Source: a virus
Taxonomy: Duplodnaviria; Heunggongvirae; Uroviricota; Caudoviricetes
Length of the DNA: 64,000 nt
IMG/VR virus record: IMGVR_UViG_3300044951_001136
Strand: one strand, 5' to 3'
Shown here: positions 18,405-26,299 of the stretch, one piece after another
Layout: each line of letters opens with the position of its first letter
How positions within the stretch are numbered: position 1 is the first letter of the stretch
Made by a program: the position numbers and the translations under genes
The notes under the pieces: generated by a model
What the model was told of the DNA's origin: nothing
The model's database searches: none
What the model saw: the letters and a program-made list of their open reading frames with translations, nothing else

Positions 18405-20774
18405 ATGAGATTTAATCAAATAGTAGAAAATACAACAGCAGGATCGGTTGCCACCGTAGCACAGCCTATGATGACTCAAACCCGCGAAAATACTAATGTT
18501 CGTGGACTAAAACCAGTACAACAATTAATAAAGGGCAAATCTAAAAAGAAAGGTCCTTACGCTAATAGCATTGTAGAAAGCAAAGTCACTGAAGATGATC
18601 TTTCAGAACAAGACTTAATTGTTGTTCCTGGACAAGGCAGATTAAAAAGAACCGGATTTGTTAAACATGATTTAGATCAAGGTGAACATGAAGGCCACAC
18701 ATTAAAGAACAGTTTACACACTATCGCCCGTGCTGCCAGTGATTTAGACGAGAGATTATCTGTTCAATCTGAATTCCCAGAGTGGGTATCAGAGAAGATT
18801 GGCGCAGCAAAAAGCATGATGGTTAGTGTTATGGATTATCTAATCAGCAGCCAAGAGATGCAAGGTGTCGCGGAGGTTAGTGATGCTACTAAAGCAAGTT
18901 ATTTAGAAAAAGCAAAAGCACAAGTTAAAGGACTTACCCCAGATGCTAAAAAAGGTGAATATAAAGACATTGCTCAACGCATGATTTCACGGAGAGAAAA
19001 AGGTATCGATAGAGTAACACCAAAAGATGTGGAGGAAGGCTCCAAGTATCCTTGGTTAGATAATCCCAGAAAGAACCCCAACCCCAAACCAACAGAACCA
19101 GAGAAAGGTGTGTCAGAAGGCTCCAAGTATCCTTGGTTAGATAGTCCCAGAAAGAAACCAGAACCAGAGAAAGATGTGGCGGAAGGTTACGATCCCGGTG
19201 ATAAGATTACTTGGTATCACAGCAATCATTATCCTGAAATTGAAGGCACCATAGTTGGTTGGAAAGACGGGCATCTTATTGTTAAATCAGTTGATCCAAG
19301 CCCAAGAAACACCGAAAAGACTGTGGCAAAATATCGTGTTCCTAAAAATAATATTTTAAGTCATACAGAGCAAGGTGTGGCGGAAGGCTTTAATGAATCA
19401 TTAGATGATTTGAAATCAAAATATCAACATCACACTTACTTGTCAAGAACATATCTAAAGAGAGGTAACAAAGAAAAGGCTCAGCAGCATCACACTAAAG
19501 CATATGATATCAATCAACAGATAATGAAGCATCCTGATTACGAATTAAAGTTCATTGACGATCCGCGGACAAATGATGCACTTGCAATGAAACATGATAC
19601 AAGATTTAATGAGCAAGGTGTGGCGAAAGGCTCGAAAGGATTGAACGAGTTAGCACCACCTGAGCGTAAAGACGGTCAGGGAGATAGATTTTTCTTTCAG
19701 GAAGACTTTGAAAGCGACGACGGAAAATACATTATTGAAATTTATGCCGTGGCCGACAGTAACTCCTATGCAGTGTCGTTTCATCGTGGAGATAAACAAT
19801 ATGTAATGTATCCAATTGATGGACTTGATGCCGGTGATCTGTCAGAAGGTGCCGATCGGTATGTACAAGAAATTAAACAAAATGCGGCACACGGAAGTCA
19901 AAACGATTTTATAGGATTTTCTAGTATGGATTTGGAAGACTTTATACCTCCGGAGCAAGGTGTGTCAGAAGGCCAGTTAGATGAATTGAATAGAGACACT
20001 GTTACTTCTTACTATGACAAAGCGGAGAAAGATCAAGATAAACAATTTACCACTATTGGTAAAGGTATAAGAGACAATGACCCAAAATCTGCAAATAAAG
20101 CAGGTCATAAATTTTCAATGAGAAGTGTTGGATTGAATCGTGCAGAAAAACGGTTACAAGATAAAAATATAGCAGAAGGTGCTATGCCAGCATCAGTAAT
20201 TCGTGTCAAAGAAAAAATTCGCCTGATGACCGATGCTGAAAAGAAAGAATACTTCAAAGGCAAGACCCAAGCGCAATTACAACAAATGGCTAGGAGACAT
20301 GGCTATGGTGAAAATAGCAAGGTGTACGCCAAGTATGCAACACAAGATGTAGCGGAAGGCTCCAAGTATCCTTGGTTAGATAGTCCCAGAAAGAAACCCA
20401 AACCAACAGAACCAGAGAAAGATGTGGCGGAAGGCAGCTCTCCAAGTCCCTATATGTCAGACAAACAAGCTAACGCAGAGATGAAATTATGCCGTAAAGG
20501 ATACACACCTTCCACCCGCTGGTCCAGATATCCAAATTTCGACAAGGACGAAATTGCTGATATTGGCGCCGGTGGTAAAGAATACAATGTAAAGACTGAT
20601 GCTGCATGGGATGCTGCTAAGAAAAAAGTTAGTGAAGGTGCCAAAGTAGATCGTATGGTTAGTCATATTGAAAAGAGTGAAGAAAAGGCAGGCAAGTCAA
20701 AGAAAGTCGCTAAGAACATTGCTTGGGCAACTGCTAACAAACGCGGCATGTTAGATAACAAGAATAAGAAATAA
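18405..20774 (+). CDS. large charged repetitive protein (789 aa), putative packaged internal virion protein
   Basis: N-term MRFNQIVEN shared with 22370/38916/41464 proteins; about 9 copies of (E/K)QGV(A/S)EG-type motif; SKYPWLDxPRK segment three times. Confidence 0.6.
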   Translation: MRFNQIVENTTAGSVATVAQPMMTQTRENTNVRGLKPVQQLIKGKSKKKGPYANSIVESKVTEDDLSEQDLIVVPGQGRLKRTGFVKHDLDQGEHEGHTLKNSLHTIARAASDLDERLSVQSEFPEWVSEKIGAAKSMMVSVMDYLISSQEMQGVAEVSDATKASYLEKAKAQVKGLTPDAKKGEYKDIAQRMISRREKGIDRVTPKDVEEGSKYPWLDNPRKNPNPKPTEPEKGVSEGSKYPWLDSPRKKPEPEKDVAEGYDPGDKITWYHSNHYPEIEGTIVGWKDGHLIVKSVDPSPRNTEKTVAKYRVPKNNILSHTEQGVAEGFNESLDDLKSKYQHHTYLSRTYLKRGNKEKAQQHHTKAYDINQQIMKHPDYELKFIDDPRTNDALAMKHDTRFNEQGVAKGSKGLNELAPPERKDGQGDRFFFQEDFESDDGKYIIEIYAVADSNSYAVSFHRGDKQYVMYPIDGLDAGDLSEGADRYVQEIKQNAAHGSQNDFIGFSSMDLEDFIPPEQGVSEGQLDELNRDTVTSYYDKAEKDQDKQFTTIGKGIRDNDPKSANKAGHKFSMRSVGLNRAEKRLQDKNIAEGAMPASVIRVKEKIRLMTDAEKKEYFKGKTQAQLQQMARRHGYGENSKVYAKYATQDVAEGSKYPWLDSPRKKPKPTEPEKDVAEGSSPSPYMSDKQANAEMKLCRKGYTPSTRWSRYPNFDKDEIADIGAGGKEYNVKTDAAWDAAKKKVSEGAKVDRMVSHIEKSEEKAGKSKKVAKNIAWATANKRGMLDNKNKK
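19035..19066 (+). repeat. intragenic direct repeat copy 1 (GAAGGCTCCAAGTATCCTTGGTTAGATA...), approximate bounds
   Basis: Same about 30-45 bp DNA string at 19035, 19116 and 20355. Confidence 0.6.
19116..19196 (+). repeat. intragenic direct repeat copy 2, approximate bounds
   Basis: gaaggctccaagtatccttggttagatagtcccagaaagaaacc...gaaccagagaaagatgtggcggaagg shared with copy 3. Confidence 0.6.
20355..20435 (+). repeat. intragenic direct repeat copy 3, approximate bounds
   Basis: As copy 2. Confidence 0.6.
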
Positions 20775-20775
20775 T

Positions 20776-21927
20776 ATGAAACCATCAGATTTTTTAACAG
20801 AACTATCTAACGAAAAGTTAGCACAATACAAAACTGCTGCCGCAGCCGATGCCAGTAAAGCAGATAAAGAAAAAGATTTTGCTCGTGGCAACAAGCGTTT
20901 TAGTGGCATTGTAAAAGCAACTAATAAACAATTTGCAAATGATGTTAAGAAAGAATCAGTTGGTATACCTTATCCAGGAACATATGAAGAAACAAATGAT
21001 ATGTTCAAAGGTTCCGGACAAAGACGCACTGGTACACTAACAACCGAACAAGGTGTGTCGGAGGACAAGTTAAATGAATTAGATATCTTTGCTCCAGTGA
21101 CCACTTATGTTAGATTAGCCAATGGCACATACGTTGCAGCCAGTTGGCGCCGCAACCAAAATTTATCTACTGCAAGTAACTCAGCATCATTTATTGACAT
21201 AAAACCAGTGGCTCCTAATGTTGCTAAACAATTGGGATTAGATCAAAGACTAAATGATCCAGAAAAAAAATACACAGGTGCCGCAACGATTGCATCAGGT
21301 GGCCCTATTCAATCAAGCGGTCCACTTGCTGATAGAACTATTAACGTAGTTGATATTAGCGATCCAAAGGCTGCTACAGACCTCGGTGTTCCTGATACAC
21401 TCTTTGGAAAAATTGCTCAATGGGCGCAACAGCAAGGTCAAAAAGAACAAGGTGTGGCGGAGGAACAACATAGTTGCCCACACTGTAATGGACCAATGTT
21501 CAGTGAAATGATAATGAATGAAAAGAAAGATGCTTGCTACTATAAAGTAAAAAGCCGTTATAAAGTATGGCCAAGTGCCTATGCTAGCGGTGCATTAGTC
21601 AAATGTCGTAAAAAAGGTGCAAGTAATTGGGGTAATAGTAGTAAGAATGAAAGTTCTATACTAGAAGGCATAAATCAAACGGATGAAAGTTTACATGATT
21701 GGTTTAATAAAGAAAAGTGGGTTCGCATGGATACCAAAGGTAATATCAAGGGTCCATGTGCAAGAGAGCCGGGAGAAGGTAAACCAAAATGTTTGCCTCA
21801 AAGTAAAGCACACAGTTTAGGTAAAAAGGGTCGTGCAAGTGCAGCAGCAAGAAAACGCAGAGAAGATCCCAATCCAGAGCGTAGTGGTAAAGCCATCAAT
21901 GTCAACACAAAGAAAACTAAAGGATAA
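20776..21927 (+). CDS. putative internal virion / DNA-binding protein with strongly basic C-terminal tail and Cys cluster
   Basis: EQGVSED and EQGVAEE motifs; CPHCNGP...CYYK; C-term KGRASAAARKRREDPNPERSGKAINVNTKKTKG. Confidence 0.55.
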   Translation: MKPSDFLTELSNEKLAQYKTAAAADASKADKEKDFARGNKRFSGIVKATNKQFANDVKKESVGIPYPGTYEETNDMFKGSGQRRTGTLTTEQGVSEDKLNELDIFAPVTTYVRLANGTYVAASWRRNQNLSTASNSASFIDIKPVAPNVAKQLGLDQRLNDPEKKYTGAATIASGGPIQSSGPLADRTINVVDISDPKAATDLGVPDTLFGKIAQWAQQQGQKEQGVAEEQHSCPHCNGPMFSEMIMNEKKDACYYKVKSRYKVWPSAYASGALVKCRKKGASNWGNSSKNESSILEGINQTDESLHDWFNKEKWVRMDTKGNIKGPCAREPGEGKPKCLPQSKAHSLGKKGRASAAARKRREDPNPERSGKAINVNTKKTKG

Positions 21928-21929
21928 TA

Positions 21930-22370
21930 ATGTTATCAGATAACTTAAAAACACTATTGGGCAGTACATTTGTACTGTATACAAAAACTCACGGATTTCA
22001 CTGGAATATCGAAGGAAGCAATTTCCCGCAATATCATAAATTTTTAAATAAAATGTATGATGAAATCTATGGAACTATTGATACTATTGCCGAATATATC
22101 AGAACTTTAGGCAGTTATTCTCCAGGCAGCTTAGGCAGAATGCTTGAATTGAGTATCATTGAAGAACAACATAAAATTCCTCGTGCTGAATTAATGCTTG
22201 AAGAACTACTAGTTGATTGTGAAAAAATGATTAAGTTAGTAACTGAATTATTTGACATTGCAACAGAAGAAAAAGCACAGGGAATTGCCAATTATCTAGC
22301 TGAACTACAAGACTTATATGCCAAGAAAGCATGGATGATTCGTGCTACACTTAAAAAAGCCCGTGAGTAA
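21930..22370 (+). CDS. Dps/ferritin-like protein
   Basis: STFVLYTKTHGFHWNIEGSNFPQYHKFLNKMYDEI matches the Dps ferroxidase-site region (HWNV.G..F..H..). Confidence 0.7.
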   Translation: MLSDNLKTLLGSTFVLYTKTHGFHWNIEGSNFPQYHKFLNKMYDEIYGTIDTIAEYIRTLGSYSPGSLGRMLELSIIEEQHKIPRAELMLEELLVDCEKMIKLVTELFDIATEEKAQGIANYLAELQDLYAKKAWMIRATLKKARE

Positions 22371-23746
22371 TGAGAGCAATTGAATTTATTAATGAGACTG
22401 CCTCATATCAACCGCCCAAGTTATCAGTTGGTGATAAAATCCTCAAGGGTAAATTTAAGAATAGTCCAGCAGAGATTAAAGGCTTTACTAAAGACAAGCA
22501 CAATCAACCTGTACTAAAAACTAACAAAGGTGAAGTACAGTTATTCAAGCCTCGCATTAGTAAATTAATGAAGGAAGATGAACCAATCAAAATAAGCAAC
22601 AACGATGCCGCAAAGGCTTGGATTGAAAAGGTCTATCAAAAGTATCCAACTATCTTTAAAAATAATCATGTAATGATGTGGGGCGAAGGTGACACTCAGC
22701 AGCTTGCAATGTTTGAACTAACCCCAAGTTTCAGCAAACGAGGTGCAGTAGAAGTAAAATGGTTTCAAGCATATCCACTACGTCAAGGGGTCGGCTCACG
22801 CGCAATGAAAGAATTGCAAGCCATGGCACAAGCAGATGGAATTGCACTAACATTGTTCCCTTGGCAACACGGTCAAGTAAGTCAAAGTAAACTAACAAAG
22901 TTCTACAAGGGGCAAGGCTTCGCTCCTATACACAAGGGTAGTAAGAGCATGAAGTGGGATCCAGCAGTCGGCGAAGCAATGGATCAGGGTTCAAGATGGA
23001 CCGGTGATGAGCCATATAGACAATTAGTTGAACTAGATGATTTAGAAGAAGATTGGAAGAACTGGGTCGCTGGTGGTGCTATGGCATTGGGAGCATTAGG
23101 TGCTGCTAATCAATATAATTCTCCGGTAGAACCAGTTAGAACAGCTAAAATATCTAAAATAACTCAACCCGATGCTGCTCCTGAAGTACAAGTTAAAGCA
23201 GCAACACCCGTAGTTAAAGCAGCATCTCCCACAGTAGATACACAAGCAGAAAATGTTTTATATCAAACTGCAAAAAAAGAAGGAATGAAGGGATCAGAAT
23301 TAGCACAATTTTTAGCTCAGACGAAACATGAAACTTGGAATTTTAGTAGGTTACAAGAAAAGCCACAACCAAAGGTAAAAGATTATTTTGCTAAAAAATA
23401 CGATGTTAAACATTCACCCAGAACTGCTAAGATACTTGGTAATAAACAAGTGGGAGATGGTGCTAGATATCACGGCAGAGGATATATTCAATTGACCGGT
23501 CGTGACAACTATCGTATGGCAGGTGACGCCTTGAAGATAAACTTACTCAAACAACCTGAACTTGCAGCAAGGCCTGACATAGCGTTAAAGGTAGCACTGT
23601 GGTATTGGAACACAAGAGTTAAACCGGGGATAAATAACTTTGATGATACTGCCGCAGTTACTAAGAAAATTAATTCTTCACTATCAGGATTAGAAGATAG
23701 ACACGCAAACTTTATAGATTACAAGAAACGCATTAAATCAACATGA
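22370..23746 (+). CDS. multidomain lysozyme: N-terminal domain + internal hydrophobic segment + GH19-type catalytic domain
   Basis: GRGYIQLTGRDNYRMAG ... WYWNTRV GH19 signature; hydrophobic WVAGGAMALGALGAA; N-term MRAIEFINE shared with other putative virion proteins. Confidence 0.7.
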   Translation: MRAIEFINETASYQPPKLSVGDKILKGKFKNSPAEIKGFTKDKHNQPVLKTNKGEVQLFKPRISKLMKEDEPIKISNNDAAKAWIEKVYQKYPTIFKNNHVMMWGEGDTQQLAMFELTPSFSKRGAVEVKWFQAYPLRQGVGSRAMKELQAMAQADGIALTLFPWQHGQVSQSKLTKFYKGQGFAPIHKGSKSMKWDPAVGEAMDQGSRWTGDEPYRQLVELDDLEEDWKNWVAGGAMALGALGAANQYNSPVEPVRTAKISKITQPDAAPEVQVKAATPVVKAASPTVDTQAENVLYQTAKKEGMKGSELAQFLAQTKHETWNFSRLQEKPQPKVKDYFAKKYDVKHSPRTAKILGNKQVGDGARYHGRGYIQLTGRDNYRMAGDALKINLLKQPELAARPDIALKVALWYWNTRVKPGINNFDDTAAVTKKINSSLSGLEDRHANFIDYKKRIKST

Positions 23747-24183
23747 AAAAAATAATAATATTATTAGCATTGACAATACTATCTAGTGTTGTATTAGCAC
23801 AAAAACAAAAAGAAGGTGTAACATATGATGCTGTAATAACTAGGGTTATTGATGGTGATACGGTAGCCTTTCACGCACCGTTCTTACCTGATCCATTAAA
23901 GAAAGAATTAAGTATTCGTGTGTTTGGTGTTGATACACCGGAAAAAGGTTTCAGGGCAAAATGTCCTAGTGAGGAGCAACGAGGTCAAGCAGCAACTGCC
24001 TTCACTAAACATGCAATTGAAGTAGCAACTAAAAGACAAATTGTTCTCATGGATTGGGACAAGTATGGCGGGCGTGTGTTGGGTGATGTAATATTAAATG
24101 GACAAAGTCTTAGACAAATGTTAATTAGTCAAGGTTTTGCCCGAGAATACTATGGTGAAGCTAAAACTAGTTGGTGTAATTAA
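23743..24183 (+). CDS. secreted staphylococcal-nuclease-like (SNase/thermonuclease) protein
   Basis: Signal peptide MKKIIILLALTILSSVVLAQ; VIDGDTV and GVDTPE SNase motifs. Confidence 0.7.
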   Translation: MKKIIILLALTILSSVVLAQKQKEGVTYDAVITRVIDGDTVAFHAPFLPDPLKKELSIRVFGVDTPEKGFRAKCPSEEQRGQAATAFTKHAIEVATKRQIVLMDWDKYGGRVLGDVILNGQSLRQMLISQGFAREYYGEAKTSWCN

Positions 24184-24223
24184 GGTTTAATATTAACATT
24201 AATAGTTCACACTAAATATCAGT

Positions 24224-24676
24224 ATGAACATCACAAAATTAGGTACATTTATCGGTGATTGGAGTAATATCAATGATACTTTACTTCAACAACTAAGCAA
24301 TCTAATCAAACTTAGAAATTGCAATATTAATTTAGATAGACAAAAGCCAAATCAAGTCTCTACTTTTATTAAAGATAATTTAGAACATTATAATTTGGAT
24401 CAACCTTTCACTGTTAAAAGAATCTGTATTCATTTAACAGATTGGGTACCAGGGCATTTTTATTGCTTTGATGATGTTAATCATACCAACTGGAAAGCAG
24501 GGGAAGTGTATGGAATTGATTGGCATAATACTTCTTATGCTAGTGCAAACGCAGGAAATAGTGACAGAATTATATTACAACTTACTGGAATATCAACAGA
24601 AGAATCTAATGAATTCTTGGCCAGATTAAAACGATTTGATAAATATACACTAGAACTTAAAGAAAGTTCTTGGTAA
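24224..24676 (+). CDS. hypothetical protein (150 aa)
   Basis: ORF. Confidence 0.5.
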   Translation: MNITKLGTFIGDWSNINDTLLQQLSNLIKLRNCNINLDRQKPNQVSTFIKDNLEHYNLDQPFTVKRICIHLTDWVPGHFYCFDDVNHTNWKAGEVYGIDWHNTSYASANAGNSDRIILQLTGISTEESNEFLARLKRFDKYTLELKESSW

Positions 24677-24760
24677 GAACACCCTTAGGGCCGTGTGGCC
24701 GGCTGCTGGCCAACGAATAGGAATCGCTACCCATTTAGTTCGTTAAAGTGAGCACCTTTT

Positions 24761-24768
24761 GATAAATA
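24761..24768 (+). promoter_or_regulatory. GATAAATA late-like motif 4 nt upstream of ATG 24773
   Basis: ttttgataaatacataATG. Confidence 0.4.
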
Positions 24769-24772
24769 CATA

Positions 24773-25357
24773 ATGCTCACTGAACACATTATTATTGAAT
24801 CCGCTACAAATGAATTGGCAAAACGCTTGCCGTCATTGCAAAAACATGACTACACAACGATTGACAAATTAATGCGTCAAGTTGCTAGTAGACATAGTAT
24901 TACTAGCAAAGCACTACATGACCTATTTGTGCGGAAATTCAAACGATCACCGGATAACTGGGTTAAGGGCAAGCTAGATGAAGAAAATGACGAACCAGAC
25001 TTTTTAGCAGATAACCCAATAATGCAGAAATTCATTCAATTTGCAGCACAAAAACTTAATCTACAATCAGTACCCGAAATTGAATTCAGCTACGATACTG
25101 AAGAAGCACAAGAAGGTCATCATACTGGTCGCCATAGTACAAATGATAATAATGTTTGGGTATATGTTGCTAATCGTAATATGGTTGATATTATGCGTAC
25201 GGTCCTGCATGAACTTACTCATGTCCGTCAAGGTGAATTGGATATGATTAAACCAGGTGATAGTTACCCAGGTAGTCCAATTGAAATGCTAGCTGATATG
25301 AGTGCCGGAAAATATATGAAAGTATTTGGCAAAGATCACCCGGAAATCTTTCAATAA
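24773..25357 (+). CDS. putative zinc metallopeptidase-like protein
   Basis: HELTHVRQGE HExxH motif near C-terminus. Confidence 0.45.
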   Translation: MLTEHIIIESATNELAKRLPSLQKHDYTTIDKLMRQVASRHSITSKALHDLFVRKFKRSPDNWVKGKLDEENDEPDFLADNPIMQKFIQFAAQKLNLQSVPEIEFSYDTEEAQEGHHTGRHSTNDNNVWVYVANRNMVDIMRTVLHELTHVRQGELDMIKPGDSYPGSPIEMLADMSAGKYMKVFGKDHPEIFQ

Positions 25358-25377
25358 AATCATTTCTATGCTATAAT
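25349..25377 (+). promoter_or_regulatory. extended -10 promoter (TTTCAA-N17-TGcTATAAT); -10 ends 6 nt before ATG 25384 (leaderless); TCTATGCTATAATGCATA shared with 44221
   Basis: Read in sequence. Confidence 0.45.
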
Positions 25378-25383
25378 GCATAG

Positions 25384-25992
25384 ATGCTTAAACTACTCTT
25401 TCCGTTGCCAAAAGAAGTTGTTGTCGCACTAAGCGGCGGGGTTGACTCTGTTGCTATTACAGATTTCCTTTCCCGTAAACATAAAGTAACTTGCGCTTTC
25501 TTCCATCATGGAACAGAGAATAGTGAACGGGCATTTGAATTTGTTGCTAAATTCTGCACTGAACGAAATCTTCCACTTATGGTTGGCCTGATTAAGAATG
25601 ATAAACCTAAAGTACTTAGTACAGAAGAACACTGGCGCAACGAACGCTATGACTTCTTGGACAGCTTTGGTGATTCATTGGGTCCAATTATTACCGGTCA
25701 TCACTTAGATGACTGCGTAGAAACATATCTTTGGTCATCAATGCATGGCCAGGCAAAAGTTATCCCAGCAAAAAGAAACAATGTAGTACGCCCATTTCTA
25801 ACAACAACTAAAACCGAATTCACAAATTGGTGTAAACAGAAATCTATTGATTGGTGTCACGATAATAGTAATGATGACACCAAATATATGCGTAACTATG
25901 TCAGACAACATATTATACCACACGCATTCCATATTAACCCCGGGCTAAGAACGGTGGTAAAAAAGATTGTAGAAAATCAGCAAAATGTTTGA
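25384..25992 (+). CDS. PP-loop ATP pyrophosphatase, TilS-like N-terminal domain (possibly a QueC-type role)
   Basis: VALSGGVDS PP-loop; ITGHHLDDCVETYLW and VVRPFL resemble TilS GHHxDDQAET / iRPLL; lacks the QueC Cys cluster; 202 aa. Confidence 0.65.
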   Translation: MLKLLFPLPKEVVVALSGGVDSVAITDFLSRKHKVTCAFFHHGTENSERAFEFVAKFCTERNLPLMVGLIKNDKPKVLSTEEHWRNERYDFLDSFGDSLGPIITGHHLDDCVETYLWSSMHGQAKVIPAKRNNVVRPFLTTTKTEFTNWCKQKSIDWCHDNSNDDTKYMRNYVRQHIIPHAFHINPGLRTVVKKIVENQQNV

Positions 25993-26038
25993 CTTTTCTA
26001 CACAAAGCCTGTATACTATATTTTTATAAGGAGTTTTT

Positions 26039-26299
26039 ATGTCAGCAAAAATGTTTACAGGTGAGCAAAAAATTAAGTTAACCCAATTGGTGAATGAAGG
26101 AATGGTAGTCCTACATGAGATTGATACCCTTCGTGAGGGACTATCCGATACTATTAAGGCTATTGGTGAAGAACTAGAAGTTAAGCCTAGTATACTTAAG
26201 AAAGCAATCTCTGTGGCACACAAAGCAAGTCTTGGCCAAACCACTGCTGACCACGAAGAACTTGTGACAATTTTGGAAACTGTGGGAAAAACTTTATAA
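26039..26299 (+). CDS. hypothetical protein (86 aa)
   Basis: ORF, TAATG-coupled to DNA polymerase. Confidence 0.45.
   Translation: MSAKMFTGEQKIKLTQLVNEGMVVLHEIDTLREGLSDTIKAIGEELEVKPSILKKAISVAHKASLGQTTADHEELVTILETVGKTL

Noticed and set aside
25384-25992. Annotating the PP-loop protein simply as QueC
   Set aside because: SGGxDS is shared by many PP-loop enzymes. The HHLDD and RPFL signatures point to TilS, and the QueC Cys cluster is missing. A QueC label would be convenient for the pathway but is not supported by the sequence.
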